DNA of 64,000 nucleotides from an uncultured delta proteobacterium (GTDB taxonomy: Bacteria; Desulfobacterota; Desulfobacteria; Desulfobacterales; UBA2156), in assembly GCA_963736855.1 (NCBI GenBank), contig CAVTQK010000023.1, positions 92,195-156,194 on the forward strand. The letters are read 5' to 3'. The position numbers were made by a program, and so were the translations under genes. Each line of letters opens with the position of its first letter. The first letter of the stretch is position 1. Positions 29,981 to 39,627 of this stretch are shown here, in pieces. Below the pieces are notes generated by a model. It searched no databases. It saw only the letters and a program-made list of their open reading frames with translations, and was not told the DNA's origin.

Positions 29981-31508
29981 CCGATTCCGTCTTGTTCGGA
30001 TTAATGATTACGGCTGTCAAGGGCTTCAGGTAAAACTCGAAAACCATCAGGTATATAGCGACCAAGAAAAAAAACAGATCCCGGACTACGGTCCAGAGAT
30101 CGGCGGGACTTCCGGTGGTTTCCGTGGAAAAACAGCCGCAGTGAATGTCAAGCCCTCGGATTTGGTTGAATATCAACGAGCCGATAAAAATCGTCAAAAG
30201 ACCGGTGCCCGTCAATGTCGCACCGGGCATCCAGAATCCGGTAATCAGGCACACTCCGAGCAGCAGCTCCAGCCAGGGGAGAATCAATGCAGCAAGGTTG
30301 ACCGCAGCATTCGGCAGAACTTGGTAGTTGTAAACAGCCTGGGCGAAGGCTTGGGGGTGCAGGATTTTATCATAACATGCATACAGGAAAACGGCTCCCA
30401 AAAAAATACGCAACGGATGAAAAAAATAAGATTGAATTCGCATCTTCCTCCTGTCGCTTCCCGAATCATCGGAGCGTGTGGGTTCTGAAAGATGCCCTGA
30501 AATTCCATCGCATGCCATTTCACACAACAGGGTTCCCTTTCCGCAGGTTCCGGTTTCAAACTGCAGCACCGGATGATCGATTTGAAAACGGTGGAGCAGT
30601 TCGTGCCGGATGCGTCCGGCTAACGCTTCCGTACTGCTGACGGATTGATCGGGGACCACAATATGACATGAGAATGCCGTGCTCGTCGAAGATAGCTGCC
30701 AGGCATGTATGTAATGCACGCCCAGGACTCCGGGAAAATTGGATAAAAAGTTGCGAACCTGTTCGATCCGGATATGGCTTGGTGTCGCATTCATCAGGAC
30801 CATCGTGGATTTTTTGAATAACCCCCATCCGTTTTTTAGAATGAAAACCGCGATAAATATGGAAAGCAAAGGGTCCATCCAATACCACGGATAGAACAGC
30901 AGAAGGATACCGTTTATTAAAACAACCACCGAGGTAAGCAGATCCCCTATCATGTGCAAAAACGCTCCCTGTACATTCAGGCTATGGGCTGCGTCTCTGT
31001 GCAGGAGCAAGGCCGAGAGCCCATTGCCGATCACCCCGACTCCGGCCAGGATGATTACGGTCAGACCATTCACCGCCTGTGGATGTAAAAAACGGTGAAA
31101 TGCATGGTACAGGATGATTCCCGAGGCGCCTGTCAGCAAAAAAACATTGATCAGCGCCGCCAGGATCTCGGCCCGTCGATATCCGAACGTATTGGATATC
31201 GTGGCCCCCTTTCGGCCGATCCGAAATGCGATATAGGAAATCAACACCGCGGCAAAATCGCTGAAATTGTGCACCGCATCCGAAATCAGGGCCATGCTGT
31301 TGGCCAGCATGCCGCCGATGACCTGGGCTACGGGGATTACAAAGTTTAATGCCAGGGTAACCAGGAGTCTTTTACCTTCCGAATCCTCCGGTGCCGTGCC
31401 ATGGCGATGTCCGGTATGCATAGCATCGAAAGCTTCCTTCCGATCATCGGAGTGCTCGCAACACAGGGACTGAGGATCGGTTTTTTCCTTAAATTTTTCT
31501 TCAGTCAT
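29880..31508 (-). CDS. CDF (CzcD-like) cation transporter fused to a MauE/DoxX domain
   Basis: ALISDAVHNFSD, GAFLHMIGD, DHPVLQFE; then DKI..P.AFA..V.NY..GLDIHCGCF. Confidence 0.88.
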   Translation of the reverse strand: MTEEKFKEKTDPQSLCCEHSDDRKEAFDAMHTGHRHGTAPEDSEGKRLLVTLALNFVIPVAQVIGGMLANSMALISDAVHNFSDFAAVLISYIAFRIGRKGATISNTFGYRRAEILAALINVFLLTGASGIILYHAFHRFLHPQAVNGLTVIILAGVGVIGNGLSALLLHRDAAHSLNVQGAFLHMIGDLLTSVVVLINGILLLFYPWYWMDPLLSIFIAVFILKNGWGLFKKSTMVLMNATPSHIRIEQVRNFLSNFPGVLGVHYIHAWQLSSTSTAFSCHIVVPDQSVSSTEALAGRIRHELLHRFQIDHPVLQFETGTCGKGTLLCEMACDGISGHLSEPTRSDDSGSDRRKMRIQSYFFHPLRIFLGAVFLYACYDKILHPQAFAQAVYNYQVLPNAAVNLAALILPWLELLLGVCLITGFWMPGATLTGTGLLTIFIGSLIFNQIRGLDIHCGCFSTETTGSPADLWTVVRDLFFFLVAIYLMVFEFYLKPLTAVIINPNKTESDAGKPTAPTPVIAGGALQPPVQGACPKNRRTTL

Positions 31509-32011
31509 TATCTGATGCTCTCATCCGTGGGTAACCCGGCCTGTTGCCATTCGGTCCAGCCGTTCACCAGGACATGAACGTTTTCAAACCCCATTTGAAT
31601 CAAGAAAAGTGCCAGTTCGTTGCTCAATTCACAGTTTTCTCCGTCACAATAGGTGATAATGTATTTTTCACGGTCGATCCGGTTTATCACCTCTACGAAA
31701 TACCGATCCACGTCTTGCCAGGGAATATTCAGCGCTCCCCGGATATGCCCTTCCAGGTAAAGGGATTCCGGGCGGGCATCCACAAAAATTGCCTCCTGGG
31801 ATTCATGGAGCTTCACCGCCCGATTGAGATCGATGATCAGGCTTTTCTCCGCTGCATCGGAAAACCGCGCTTTAGTCGACCAGTCGCCGACAATGGGAAT
31901 TCCGTCGCTGCGCCAATGGTTGACACCGACTGCGATCAAAGAGGCCAGAATCAGGAGCGCGGGAATCTGCCACATCGCTTCTTTCAATGCAAATCTTCCC
32001 GATTTACTCAT
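31508..32011 (-). CDS. Membrane-anchored rhodanese-like protein
   Basis: FVDAR..Y.EGHI.GA.NIP, YCDG..C, L.NGW..W..AGLP. Confidence 0.9.
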   Translation of the reverse strand: MSKSGRFALKEAMWQIPALLILASLIAVGVNHWRSDGIPIVGDWSTKARFSDAAEKSLIIDLNRAVKLHESQEAIFVDARPESLYLEGHIRGALNIPWQDVDRYFVEVINRIDREKYIITYCDGENCELSNELALFLIQMGFENVHVLVNGWTEWQQAGLPTDESIR

Positions 32012-32094
32012 TTTGGCCTTCCTTTACGATTTCATCGTTATTTCAGGGTACTTGACCCTGCGATGTGCTTTTCAACGATTCTTTTATAAATCTT

Positions 32095-32817
32095 TCAAGT
32101 ACCGGAGAAAAACGGGCCGGAGATAAAATATACCCCCAGCAACGCGATGACCACACCGGCACCCCGCTGGAACCACAGGCCTACCCCCTGGTAGGTGCGG
32201 CTTTCCGTCAATCTTCTGACCCATGCGGTGGAGCTTCCTGCCAGTACAATCGGAAGACAATGGCCGAGGGCGAAGAAAATCATCATGATGGATCCGGCGA
32301 CAATCTTCTGTTGAACCGTGACGATGGCCAGAATCGGCGCAATAAAACCGAAGGTGCAGGAACCGGATAGGATGCCGTATGCCAGCCCCAATCCGAAAGC
32401 ACCGTGAATCCCGTGAAGTTTCAAACGATAAAGCAATGAACCGGATATGGAACAGGATTGTACGCCCAGCATGCCCAAAGCCACCCAGATCAGCACGGCA
32501 CCCACCAGAATCTGCCACCAGGTTCCCACGTCCCCGAGCATGCGTCCCAGCAGCGCACATACGACACCCACTGCTGCAATAGTTATGAAAAGCCCTGATG
32601 TAAAAGCCCCTGCATACCAGACCGCTTTCTTAGGATTGACGGCGTTCTGCTGGCCTCCCACATAGGCTATGATTAAAGGGATGGAAGCCAGATGGCAGGG
32701 ACTGAACAGAACACTCACCGTGCCCCATAGAAACGCTCCGGTCATCGCCACTACTGCACCTTGGTTCATCCATTGGTTCACGGCAATAAAAAGCATATCC
32801 AGAATATTCTGATGCAT
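32095..32817 (-). CDS. ccdA: CcdA/DsbD transmembrane disulfide transporter
   Basis: FSPCHL and GSCTFG cysteines in a six-TM protein. Confidence 0.9.
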   Translation of the reverse strand: MHQNILDMLFIAVNQWMNQGAVVAMTGAFLWGTVSVLFSPCHLASIPLIIAYVGGQQNAVNPKKAVWYAGAFTSGLFITIAAVGVVCALLGRMLGDVGTWWQILVGAVLIWVALGMLGVQSCSISGSLLYRLKLHGIHGAFGLGLAYGILSGSCTFGFIAPILAIVTVQQKIVAGSIMMIFFALGHCLPIVLAGSSTAWVRRLTESRTYQGVGLWFQRGAGVVIALLGVYFISGPFFSGT

Positions 32818-32820
32818 TCT

Positions 32821-32925
32821 TTACTGTGACAATCCTGATTTTTATAGTTGCCTGATTACTTCCTTTTCCGGATAAAACCCCACGTGCCGAAACACTTCAT
32901 TCCCTTTTGTTCGGAAAAATCGTCG
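32821..32925 (-). pseudogene. Thioredoxin C-terminal remnant
   Basis: Reads KGNEVFRHVGFYPEKEVIRQL*KSG, matching KGDEVFRHLGFMSEKDIV of 33706..34137. Confidence 0.65.
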
Positions 32926-32975
32926 GTAAAGAGGAGCCTGTTAATATCGTGCCTTTAAAAGCGATCATCGTTCTT

Positions 32976-33677
32976 TTACCTTATGGAACCGGTGACATAA
33001 ATAGAGATCGTCGGCCGCACAGGGCTGTCGGTTTTGACAAAAAGGATATCGGCAAACCCCCCTCTTCCGGGCCGGGCGGCTTCCACCTTGATTACGTAGC
33101 GATCGCTTTTTTGATCGCATCTTTTTTCAAAGCTCCAACGGATGAAACGGCCGTCTTTTGCCTGAATCTCTTTGATAACAAACGGGTATTCCTTCCGCGG
33201 GATGATTTCAACTTCCATCGACAGAGGATCCCCGGCCGAACCGATCAACCGGACGCTTTCCGGGCGGATTTCCGCAAACTTCTCCACCTGACCCGACACG
33301 CTGACAGCCAATAAGGGAAATTTCGGGTCGTTTGTATGAATTCGCACCGTTTCCAAAATTTTTCTTCCACCATATCCAGCGGTGGCAACTGTTACTGTAA
33401 TGTTTCCCTCCTGCCCGGGAAGGATCCGCTTCGTGCTGGTTGCGGCCGTGCACCCTCACCCGGACTCCATTTTGAGGATGTCCAGAGGTGCATCTCCCTG
33501 ATTTTGAATGATAAAATCATGGCTCACCTTGGTCCCTTCCACAACAGGCGTGAATTCGAATGCAGGCGAAGGGATCCGAACTTTCGGTCTTCCGGACTCC
33601 GGACCGGCGGCAAAACTCATCGTTGGAACGCACAGGATCCATACCATTATCCACCGCAATACCGCTCTTCCAGGCAT
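32976..33677 (-). CDS. DUF1573-like exported protein with in-frame TGA (probable selenocysteine, UGC motif)
   Basis: ORFs 33456..33677 and 32976..33356 are in one frame, separated only by TGA at 33456-33458 in context ESG-U-GCT. Confidence 0.8.
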
Positions 33678-33705
33678 CGTATCTCCAATCCAAAAAAACC
33701 TTCCG

Positions 33706-34137
33706 TTAATCTACACCCAACTCCCGCATTTTTAAAACAATATCCTTTTCGCTCATGAATCCCAGGTGACGAAAGACTTCATCCCCCTTTTCATTGAAGA
33801 AAATCTGGGTAGGAATGGCCCGGATCTTAAATCGCTGGGCCTGGTCCCGATGTTTCCAGACATCGATGACAACGACTTCCGCCTTTCCCTGATATCTTTC
33901 CTTGATCTTTTCTAGGACCGGAGCCATCATTTTACAGGGGATACAACTGTTGGATCCCAGATCGATGAGGGTCACTTTTCCTTTGACCGGCAATGAGTCA
34001 AAGCCCATCGAACCCTCCGTCCCCGATGCAATAAATATCGTGCTCGACAATCCGAAGATGATGAAAAAAAAGGTCGCAACCAAGGAAAGGGGAGCCGGTT
34101 GGAGCCTTCTTCGAATTTTTTTAAGACGGCTATCCAC
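33706..34137 (-). CDS. Exported thioredoxin-family protein
   Basis: N-terminal hydrophobic helix, CIPC, AIPTQIF. Confidence 0.9.
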   Translation of the reverse strand: MDSRLKKIRRRLQPAPLSLVATFFFIIFGLSSTIFIASGTEGSMGFDSLPVKGKVTLIDLGSNSCIPCKMMAPVLEKIKERYQGKAEVVVIDVWKHRDQAQRFKIRAIPTQIFFNEKGDEVFRHLGFMSEKDIVLKMRELGVD

Positions 34138-34226
34138 AACAGGATCCTTTCTCTCTTTTTATGGATTCAATCCCCGGCGCAGTACAACAATCTTCAGTCA
34201 TGATCTTCTGCTTTGATTACGGCTTT

Positions 34227-34460
34227 TTATTTTCCGATCCAGGCTTTTACTTCCTGCTTTGACGGAATCTTTCCCACGCTTTTCACTTCGCCGTTCACCA
34301 CTACGGCAGGCGTTCCGAAGACCCCGTAACTCGAAATTTCCAGAATGTTCGTCACCTTCACCACGGATGCGTCCACACCCGACTCCTGCACGGCTTCCTT
34401 GACGATCTTTTCGGTCTGCTGACATTTGGGACAACCCGGTCCCAGTATTTTAATTTCCAT
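34227..34460 (-). CDS. Small redox-active disulfide protein (MTH895-like thioredoxin)
   Basis: IKILGPGCPKC, TPAVVVNG. Confidence 0.9.
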   Translation of the reverse strand: MEIKILGPGCPKCQQTEKIVKEAVQESGVDASVVKVTNILEISSYGVFGTPAVVVNGEVKSVGKIPSKQEVKAWIGK

Positions 34461-34472
34461 AGTAGGTTTCTT

Positions 34473-34979
34473 TCATGATCGGTTTTGTATGTTTTCTGCA
34501 AGCATTTTCTTGAGCGCCGCTTTGGACGGCACTTTCCCAACGAATCGGACCTGTCCATTGATCACCAGAGCCGGGGTCCCCATCACACCGAACTCTGAAA
34601 TCGCCACCGGATCGCGGACATGTTCAACATCTGCCGGGAGTTCAAGTTCCCCCAAAATCACCAAGACGGCCCGTTCAAGGGCGTCACAGTTGGGACATCC
34701 CGGTCCTAGAATTTTGATTTGAAGTCCTGCCGTCTCTTCTTCCGGCACGGGATCGCCGATAAACTTCTTGTACTCCCGAAGCAGTGCTTTTCGATACGGA
34801 CTCCTCGCGCTGTCAGCAATGAAATTTTTCTTGGAAACCCTGGATAAAAGGACTTCCTGGATTTCTTCATCCGAATTGCCTCTTAAGCTTTCGGCAATCT
34901 CCTTGAGGGTCTCGTTTAACCCGATGATGCCGACCCGGTTTCCATCGACAAGAATCTGAGTCACCGATGCCGTTGACAT
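34473..34979 (-). CDS. Thioredoxin-family protein with N-terminal extension
   Basis: IKILGPGCPNC, TPALVING. Confidence 0.88.
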   Translation of the reverse strand: MSTASVTQILVDGNRVGIIGLNETLKEIAESLRGNSDEEIQEVLLSRVSKKNFIADSARSPYRKALLREYKKFIGDPVPEEETAGLQIKILGPGCPNCDALERAVLVILGELELPADVEHVRDPVAISEFGVMGTPALVINGQVRFVGKVPSKAALKKMLAENIQNRS

Positions 34980-34997
34980 GGCATCCCTCCCTTTCGT

Positions 34998-36389
34998 TTA
35001 CCCAAAGAACGCCCCGAAAATCATCCCCGAGATCGTCGCCATGACTACCACCAGACTGACATAAGCGACCGTCTTCTGGGTCCCCAGAATGCTGCGGATA
35101 ACCAGCATACTGGGCAGGCTCAGGGCGGGACCGGCCAGAAGGAGGGCCAGCGCCGGTCCCTTTCCCATGCCCGCCCCGATCAATCCTTGCAAAATCGGTA
35201 CTTCGGTTAAAGTGGCAAAGTACATGAATGCCCCCACCACCGAAGCAAAGAGGTTGGCCCACAGGGAATTGCCCCCCACCAGATCACTCACCCATCGGGA
35301 GGGAATCAGACCTTCCGAACCCGGTCTTCCCAACAGGAACCCGGCGACAAGAACCCCACCCAGGAGCAGCGGCAGGATCTGTTTGGCAAAATCCCAGGAG
35401 GATAAAAACCATGTTTCCGACTCACCCCGACTGGTGGTCAATAGCACCACAAAAGCAACGATACCGATGGAAAATGCGATCAGCGGCTCATGAGGAAATA
35501 CGAAAGCCAAGGCAGTGACGACGACAACGGCCACGAACAGTTTGAATAGGCGAACCCGCATCCAGAAAACGAGCATCCCTCCCAGCACCAGGGCGAATCC
35601 TCCGGTGAGGTACCATTTTATCGAAAATACCTTGCCCCAAAACGAACCCGCCTGTTCGGGACGTCCCCACGTGGCAGAGATGAGAAGCCCCACCATAGCG
35701 GCGAAAAAAAGGGCATTCTGCCACAACGGCCGTTCGACCTCCGGTTCCGGCATATACATGGCGGCGGCCACCTTGGCCTGTTCTTCCTTTCGATACAGAA
35801 GGTGCATGATCAGGCCGATGACAACCGAAAACATCACCGCGCCGATCGCACGGGCAGCCCCCAGTTCCGGCCCGAGGATGCGCGCCGTTAAAATGATGGC
35901 CAGCACGTTGATGGCCGGACCGGAATATAAAAACGCGATGGCCGGCCCCAGCCCGGAACCCCGCTTCCAGATTCCCGCGAAAAGAGGCAGCACCGTGCAG
36001 GAACAGACCGCGAGAATCGATCCCGATACGCTGGCGACCCCGTACGAAACCACTTTGGAAGCCCCGGCGCCCAGGTATTTCATCACCGATGCCTGAGATA
36101 CGAATACGCCGATGGCGCCTGCAATGAAAAAGGCCGGCACCAGACACAGCAGCACGTGCTCCTGGGCGTACCATTTGGCCAGGGCAAGCCCCTCCAGGAC
36201 AGAACCGGTGAAGCGGGGCGATTCAATCGGCAAAAAGAAAAAGACAATAAAAGTCCCGGCAATGAAACTCAGCGGTTTCCAGATGATTTTCCAATCCACC
36301 CGGCTTGGCTCGGAGGCTTTCGCATCCGGTGTCGATTCGACATCCACGGCAGACCGGTTGTTTTCGGCAATCGATACTGTGTTGCTCAT
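34998..36389 (-). CDS. arsP: ArsP/DUF318-family permease
   Basis: LAVCSCTVLPLF, FLYSGPAIN, MYFATLTEVP, AGPALSLP. Confidence 0.88.
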   Translation of the reverse strand: MSNTVSIAENNRSAVDVESTPDAKASEPSRVDWKIIWKPLSFIAGTFIVFFFLPIESPRFTGSVLEGLALAKWYAQEHVLLCLVPAFFIAGAIGVFVSQASVMKYLGAGASKVVSYGVASVSGSILAVCSCTVLPLFAGIWKRGSGLGPAIAFLYSGPAINVLAIILTARILGPELGAARAIGAVMFSVVIGLIMHLLYRKEEQAKVAAAMYMPEPEVERPLWQNALFFAAMVGLLISATWGRPEQAGSFWGKVFSIKWYLTGGFALVLGGMLVFWMRVRLFKLFVAVVVVTALAFVFPHEPLIAFSIGIVAFVVLLTTSRGESETWFLSSWDFAKQILPLLLGGVLVAGFLLGRPGSEGLIPSRWVSDLVGGNSLWANLFASVVGAFMYFATLTEVPILQGLIGAGMGKGPALALLLAGPALSLPSMLVIRSILGTQKTVAYVSLVVVMATISGMIFGAFFG

Positions 36390-36445
36390 GGTTTTCCCTT
36401 CATTTTTATATATCGCGATACAACTTTATATTGGGGTTAAAAAAA

Positions 36446-36793
36446 TTATTTCTTCCCCAGAATCTTATACCGATCGATATGAAACAGGTTGCTGGAAAGA
36501 TCGACTATTTCAGGCGCCTCGTTGAGCCAGTGCCTCAAATTTCCCAGAAGATTTGCGGCATAAGGGCTTTGCCGGCCGTCTGCCGGCAGATAGTTGACCC
36601 ATAATCCTTCTTTGCGAGAGACCACCAGGCCGGCGTCTTCCAGGATCTTCAGATGCTTGCTGGCGGTGGATTGCGCCGTTCCCAGGGCGGTTTGGATCTC
36701 GCATACACACATCTCCCGCTTTTCCAGCATCTTTAAAATCCTGACCCGTGTCGGATCGGATACGGCCTTCATGACTTTTAAAAACGCTTTCAT
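36446..36793 (-). CDS. arsR: Arsenite-responsive ArsR repressor
   Basis: KAVSDPTRVRIL, EMCVCE, SKHLKIL; heads the arsP operon. Confidence 0.9.
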   Translation of the reverse strand: MKAFLKVMKAVSDPTRVRILKMLEKREMCVCEIQTALGTAQSTASKHLKILEDAGLVVSRKEGLWVNYLPADGRQSPYAANLLGNLRHWLNEAPEIVDLSSNLFHIDRYKILGKK

Positions 36794-36909
36794 GGGACCT
36801 CCATATCGCTTTTGAGGAATATAATGACCTAAAAAAGCTCTGTCAAGAATTTTTCTAAAAAGCATTTAGTGTTGTGTATCTAAAAAAGCTTTACAATAGT
36901 CCGTAAGCC

Positions 36910-36973
36910 GTCATTCCCGTGAAAACAGGAATCTAGCTTAAAGGACTGGATTCCGAGGCAAGCCCGGAATGAC
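36910..36973. repeat. REP-like palindromic element
   Basis: GTCATTCC...GGAATGAC termini with internal GGAATC/GATTCC pair. Confidence 0.7.
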
Positions 36974-36996
36974 ACCTATTGTTGACAGCCGTCGAA

Positions 36997-38178
36997 TCAA
37001 TCCCGCAATAAGGTTCCGGGAAGAATGCTCTTTACCCCGAACTTTTCATGCAAGGTGTCCAAGGTGACATTCAGCTTCTTTCTTTTGTCCCGGGTTCTGT
37101 CTTGCTGGAAAAGGCCCAGTTGGAGCCCTGTAGCAATGTGACTGAGATGAGAGACTGAAACCCCCAGCAGCCGAACCGGCTTTTTCCCCAATGCGGTTTT
37201 TCCCAAAAGCCCGCAAATGATTTCATAGATGACGGTGCCGTCATCCGTGGGATGTCCCAGGGTCTCGGATCGGGTTGCGAGAACAAAATCCGCATATTTG
37301 ACTTTCAATGTCACGGTCTTTCCGGTAATCCCATTTCGCCGCATCCGCCTCGCAACCCGGTTGGAAAGCGACAAGAGCTCTTTTTTGGCGGTCTCCAGGT
37401 CTGCGATGTCCTGTTCGAAGGTCTCCTCATGGCCGATGGATTTCATGTCATAATCGGTCACCACGTCCCGATCATCCAGACCTGAGGCCAACCGGTGCAT
37501 CTGGATGCCATGTTTGCCGAACCTGCGCTCCAGGAATACGACGGGCATCTGTCTCAAGTCTCTGAAAGTGCGGATGTTGAACTTCTTCAAAGCGGCCTGG
37601 GTCACCTTTCCCGCACCCCACATTTTTTCGATGGGAAGCGGATCCAGGAAGTTTTGCTCTTCTCCGGGAGCCACCACGGTCAACCCATCCGGCTTATCGA
37701 TATCCGAGGCGATCTTTGCCGCAAACTTGGAAGCCGCCACCCCGGCCGAAACCGTCAGTCCGCATTCGCTGAAAACTGCTTCTTTTATTTTTCGGGCGAT
37801 TTCCGCAGGCTCCCCGAAAAGCCGCACGGAATCGGTGACATCCAGAAACGCTTCGTCGATGGAGAGGGGCTCCACCAGTGGCGTGAACCGGTTAAAGATC
37901 TCAAATATCCGGTTCGATATTTCCTTATACCGCGACATCCTCACCGGCAATACAACGGCCTCGGGACAAAGACGCAGGGCCGTGACCATGGGCTGGGCAG
38001 AATGCACGCCGAGCTTCCGGGCCTCATAGGATGCCGATGAAACCACGCCCCGCATCCGGCTGCCGCCCACGATCACCGGCTTCCCCTTCAAGATCGGATT
38101 ATCCAGAACCTCGACAGCAGGATAAAAGGCATCCATATCCAGGTGAAGGATATCTTTTCGGGGTTTGGAAGTTTCCAT
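36997..38178 (-). CDS. dinB: DNA polymerase IV
   Basis: HLDMDAFY, SYEARK.G, SIDEAFLD. Confidence 0.95.
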   Translation of the reverse strand: METSKPRKDILHLDMDAFYPAVEVLDNPILKGKPVIVGGSRMRGVVSSASYEARKLGVHSAQPMVTALRLCPEAVVLPVRMSRYKEISNRIFEIFNRFTPLVEPLSIDEAFLDVTDSVRLFGEPAEIARKIKEAVFSECGLTVSAGVAASKFAAKIASDIDKPDGLTVVAPGEEQNFLDPLPIEKMWGAGKVTQAALKKFNIRTFRDLRQMPVVFLERRFGKHGIQMHRLASGLDDRDVVTDYDMKSIGHEETFEQDIADLETAKKELLSLSNRVARRMRRNGITGKTVTLKVKYADFVLATRSETLGHPTDDGTVIYEIICGLLGKTALGKKPVRLLGVSVSHLSHIATGLQLGLFQQDRTRDKRKKLNVTLDTLHEKFGVKSILPGTLLRD

Positions 38179-38227
38179 CAGATACCCGGAAACAGTAAAT
38201 AGTGGGCAGTTTTATTTAAAGGATTCA

Positions 38228-38352
38228 GATGGCAAAGAAAAAAGTTAAGTTCAAGGCGTCGCGAATCCCGTGTGATGAGGCGTACTTATCGTACGTCGAA
38301 ATCGCAACGGGATGAAGCGCAACGCAGAAATTGGACTTTTTTCGAAGCCATC
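38228..38352. mobile_element. MITE-like element, family A copy 1
   Basis: GATGGC...GCCATC ends; near-identical to 58015..58140. Confidence 0.8.
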
Positions 38353-38549
38353 AACTCTGTCAGGCAGGATTATCTAACTCAGATGTCTCCAATAAAAACC
38401 GGGCGCAGAAATTTCATGTTTTGTGACAGGCAAATGGTCCCTTCTCCGGGGAATTGCATTCCGATTACTCCGGAAAGAATACCGGCAGAAAGCATCCCAT
38501 GGGCGACCCGTCGCTTGAAGATACGGTTCCTGGCAGCCTCTTCATCCCA

Positions 38550-39053
38550 TCATTCGCTTGGAACCGGCTGGGCCGGCCCATAACTCCAGCTCCCGTCGGG
38601 ACGCAGGCACTTGGTACCGTAAGCTTGGACCTCTTTCCCCTCAATGATAATGGTCGTCGTGTATTCCCGCGTTTGAAGACACGTAGGGTCGGTTGCCGCC
38701 TGCGCGCTGGAAGAAGTGATCGGCTCCCGATAAATCTGACTCGGTGCCGGGACATACACGTATCGATCTCGGTACACCACTGGGGGGTAATAGTCCCTGT
38801 AATAATAATCAGGAGGCGGAGGGGGTGGCGGCGCTAAAATAGTGCCCAGGGTAAAGCCGAACAAAGCGCCCAAAAAAACATCCCCGCCCCGATAATGATG
38901 ATGGTGATGGTAAGGATAGCGGGGATAATAGTGATGATAGGGATGGCTGGGATGGCGAAAATGACGCGCTCCATACACGCCTGCAAACGCCGGCGTTCCG
39001 ACGACAGAAATTGCCAATGAAAAGATTATTATAAGGGTCCATTTGCTTTTCAT
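38550..39053 (-). CDS. Exported His/Pro/Tyr-rich protein with 17-kDa-surface-antigen-like C-terminus
   Basis: Signal peptide, glycine zipper, C..TREY....I.G....AYGT.C..PDGSW. Confidence 0.7.
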   Translation of the reverse strand: MKSKWTLIIIFSLAISVVGTPAFAGVYGARHFRHPSHPYHHYYPRYPYHHHHHYRGGDVFLGALFGFTLGTILAPPPPPPPDYYYRDYYPPVVYRDRYVYVPAPSQIYREPITSSSAQAATDPTCLQTREYTTTIIIEGKEVQAYGTKCLRPDGSWSYGPAQPVPSE

Positions 39054-39224
39054 GACATCACCTCCCTTTTAATGGGTGGTCATCGATGCTTTTTTTCCTT
39101 TTATTAAAATAATTCATCTTTTATCGAATTTCAACTATATTTCAACTCCTTTTTGCCTGATCTGTTCGGCTTCTGATATTGGACCTCCGCCCCTTACCCA
39201 TGGCCATAATTGACCATGATTACT

Positions 39225-39349
39225 TAACCTTGAGCAATTTTCGAGTCAGCCGCATGCGACGGCAGTGTTGGAAGTCATCATAATTCTAAACCATCGCAAT
39301 ATCGGCAATGCGGCGGAAATGAAACAGGATGAACCCGATTCTCAGGTTA
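39225..39349. mobile_element. Short element with imperfect terminal inverted repeats
   Basis: TAACCTTGAGCAAT ... ATTCTCAGGTTA. Confidence 0.45.
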
Positions 39350-39370
39350 CCGAAATTGGGCGAAAAAAGG

Positions 39371-39564
39371 TTGATGAAATCGTAAAAAGGTTTTGTGAGC
39401 GCCATTCAAGTCTTTTCGGAAAAAGAGAGACAAAGGGTTGAGCGTTAAAAATCTCAAGCTGTTTGAGGCACTTGTGCCGAGTTCTTGAGATTTAGCGAAA
39501 CCCTTTGGATCTTCTGAAAAGACTTGCGGCGCGAGAAAAATCGGACTTTTTACGATTTCATCAA
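39371..39564. mobile_element. MITE-like element with 19-bp perfect terminal inverted repeats
   Basis: TTGATGAAATCGTAAAAAG ... CTTTTTACGATTTCATCAA; followed by a partial family A end; solo end at 40313. Confidence 0.8.
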
Positions 39565-39627
39565 AATTAGGATGGCAAAGTAAAAAGCTTCAGATGCAAA
39601 GCGCACAAATCCTGAGAAATGATAAGG

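Noticed and set aside
38272..38583. ORF sharing MRRTYRTSKSQRDEAQRRNWTF with 57850..58152
   Set aside because: The shared peptide is a translation of the MITE.
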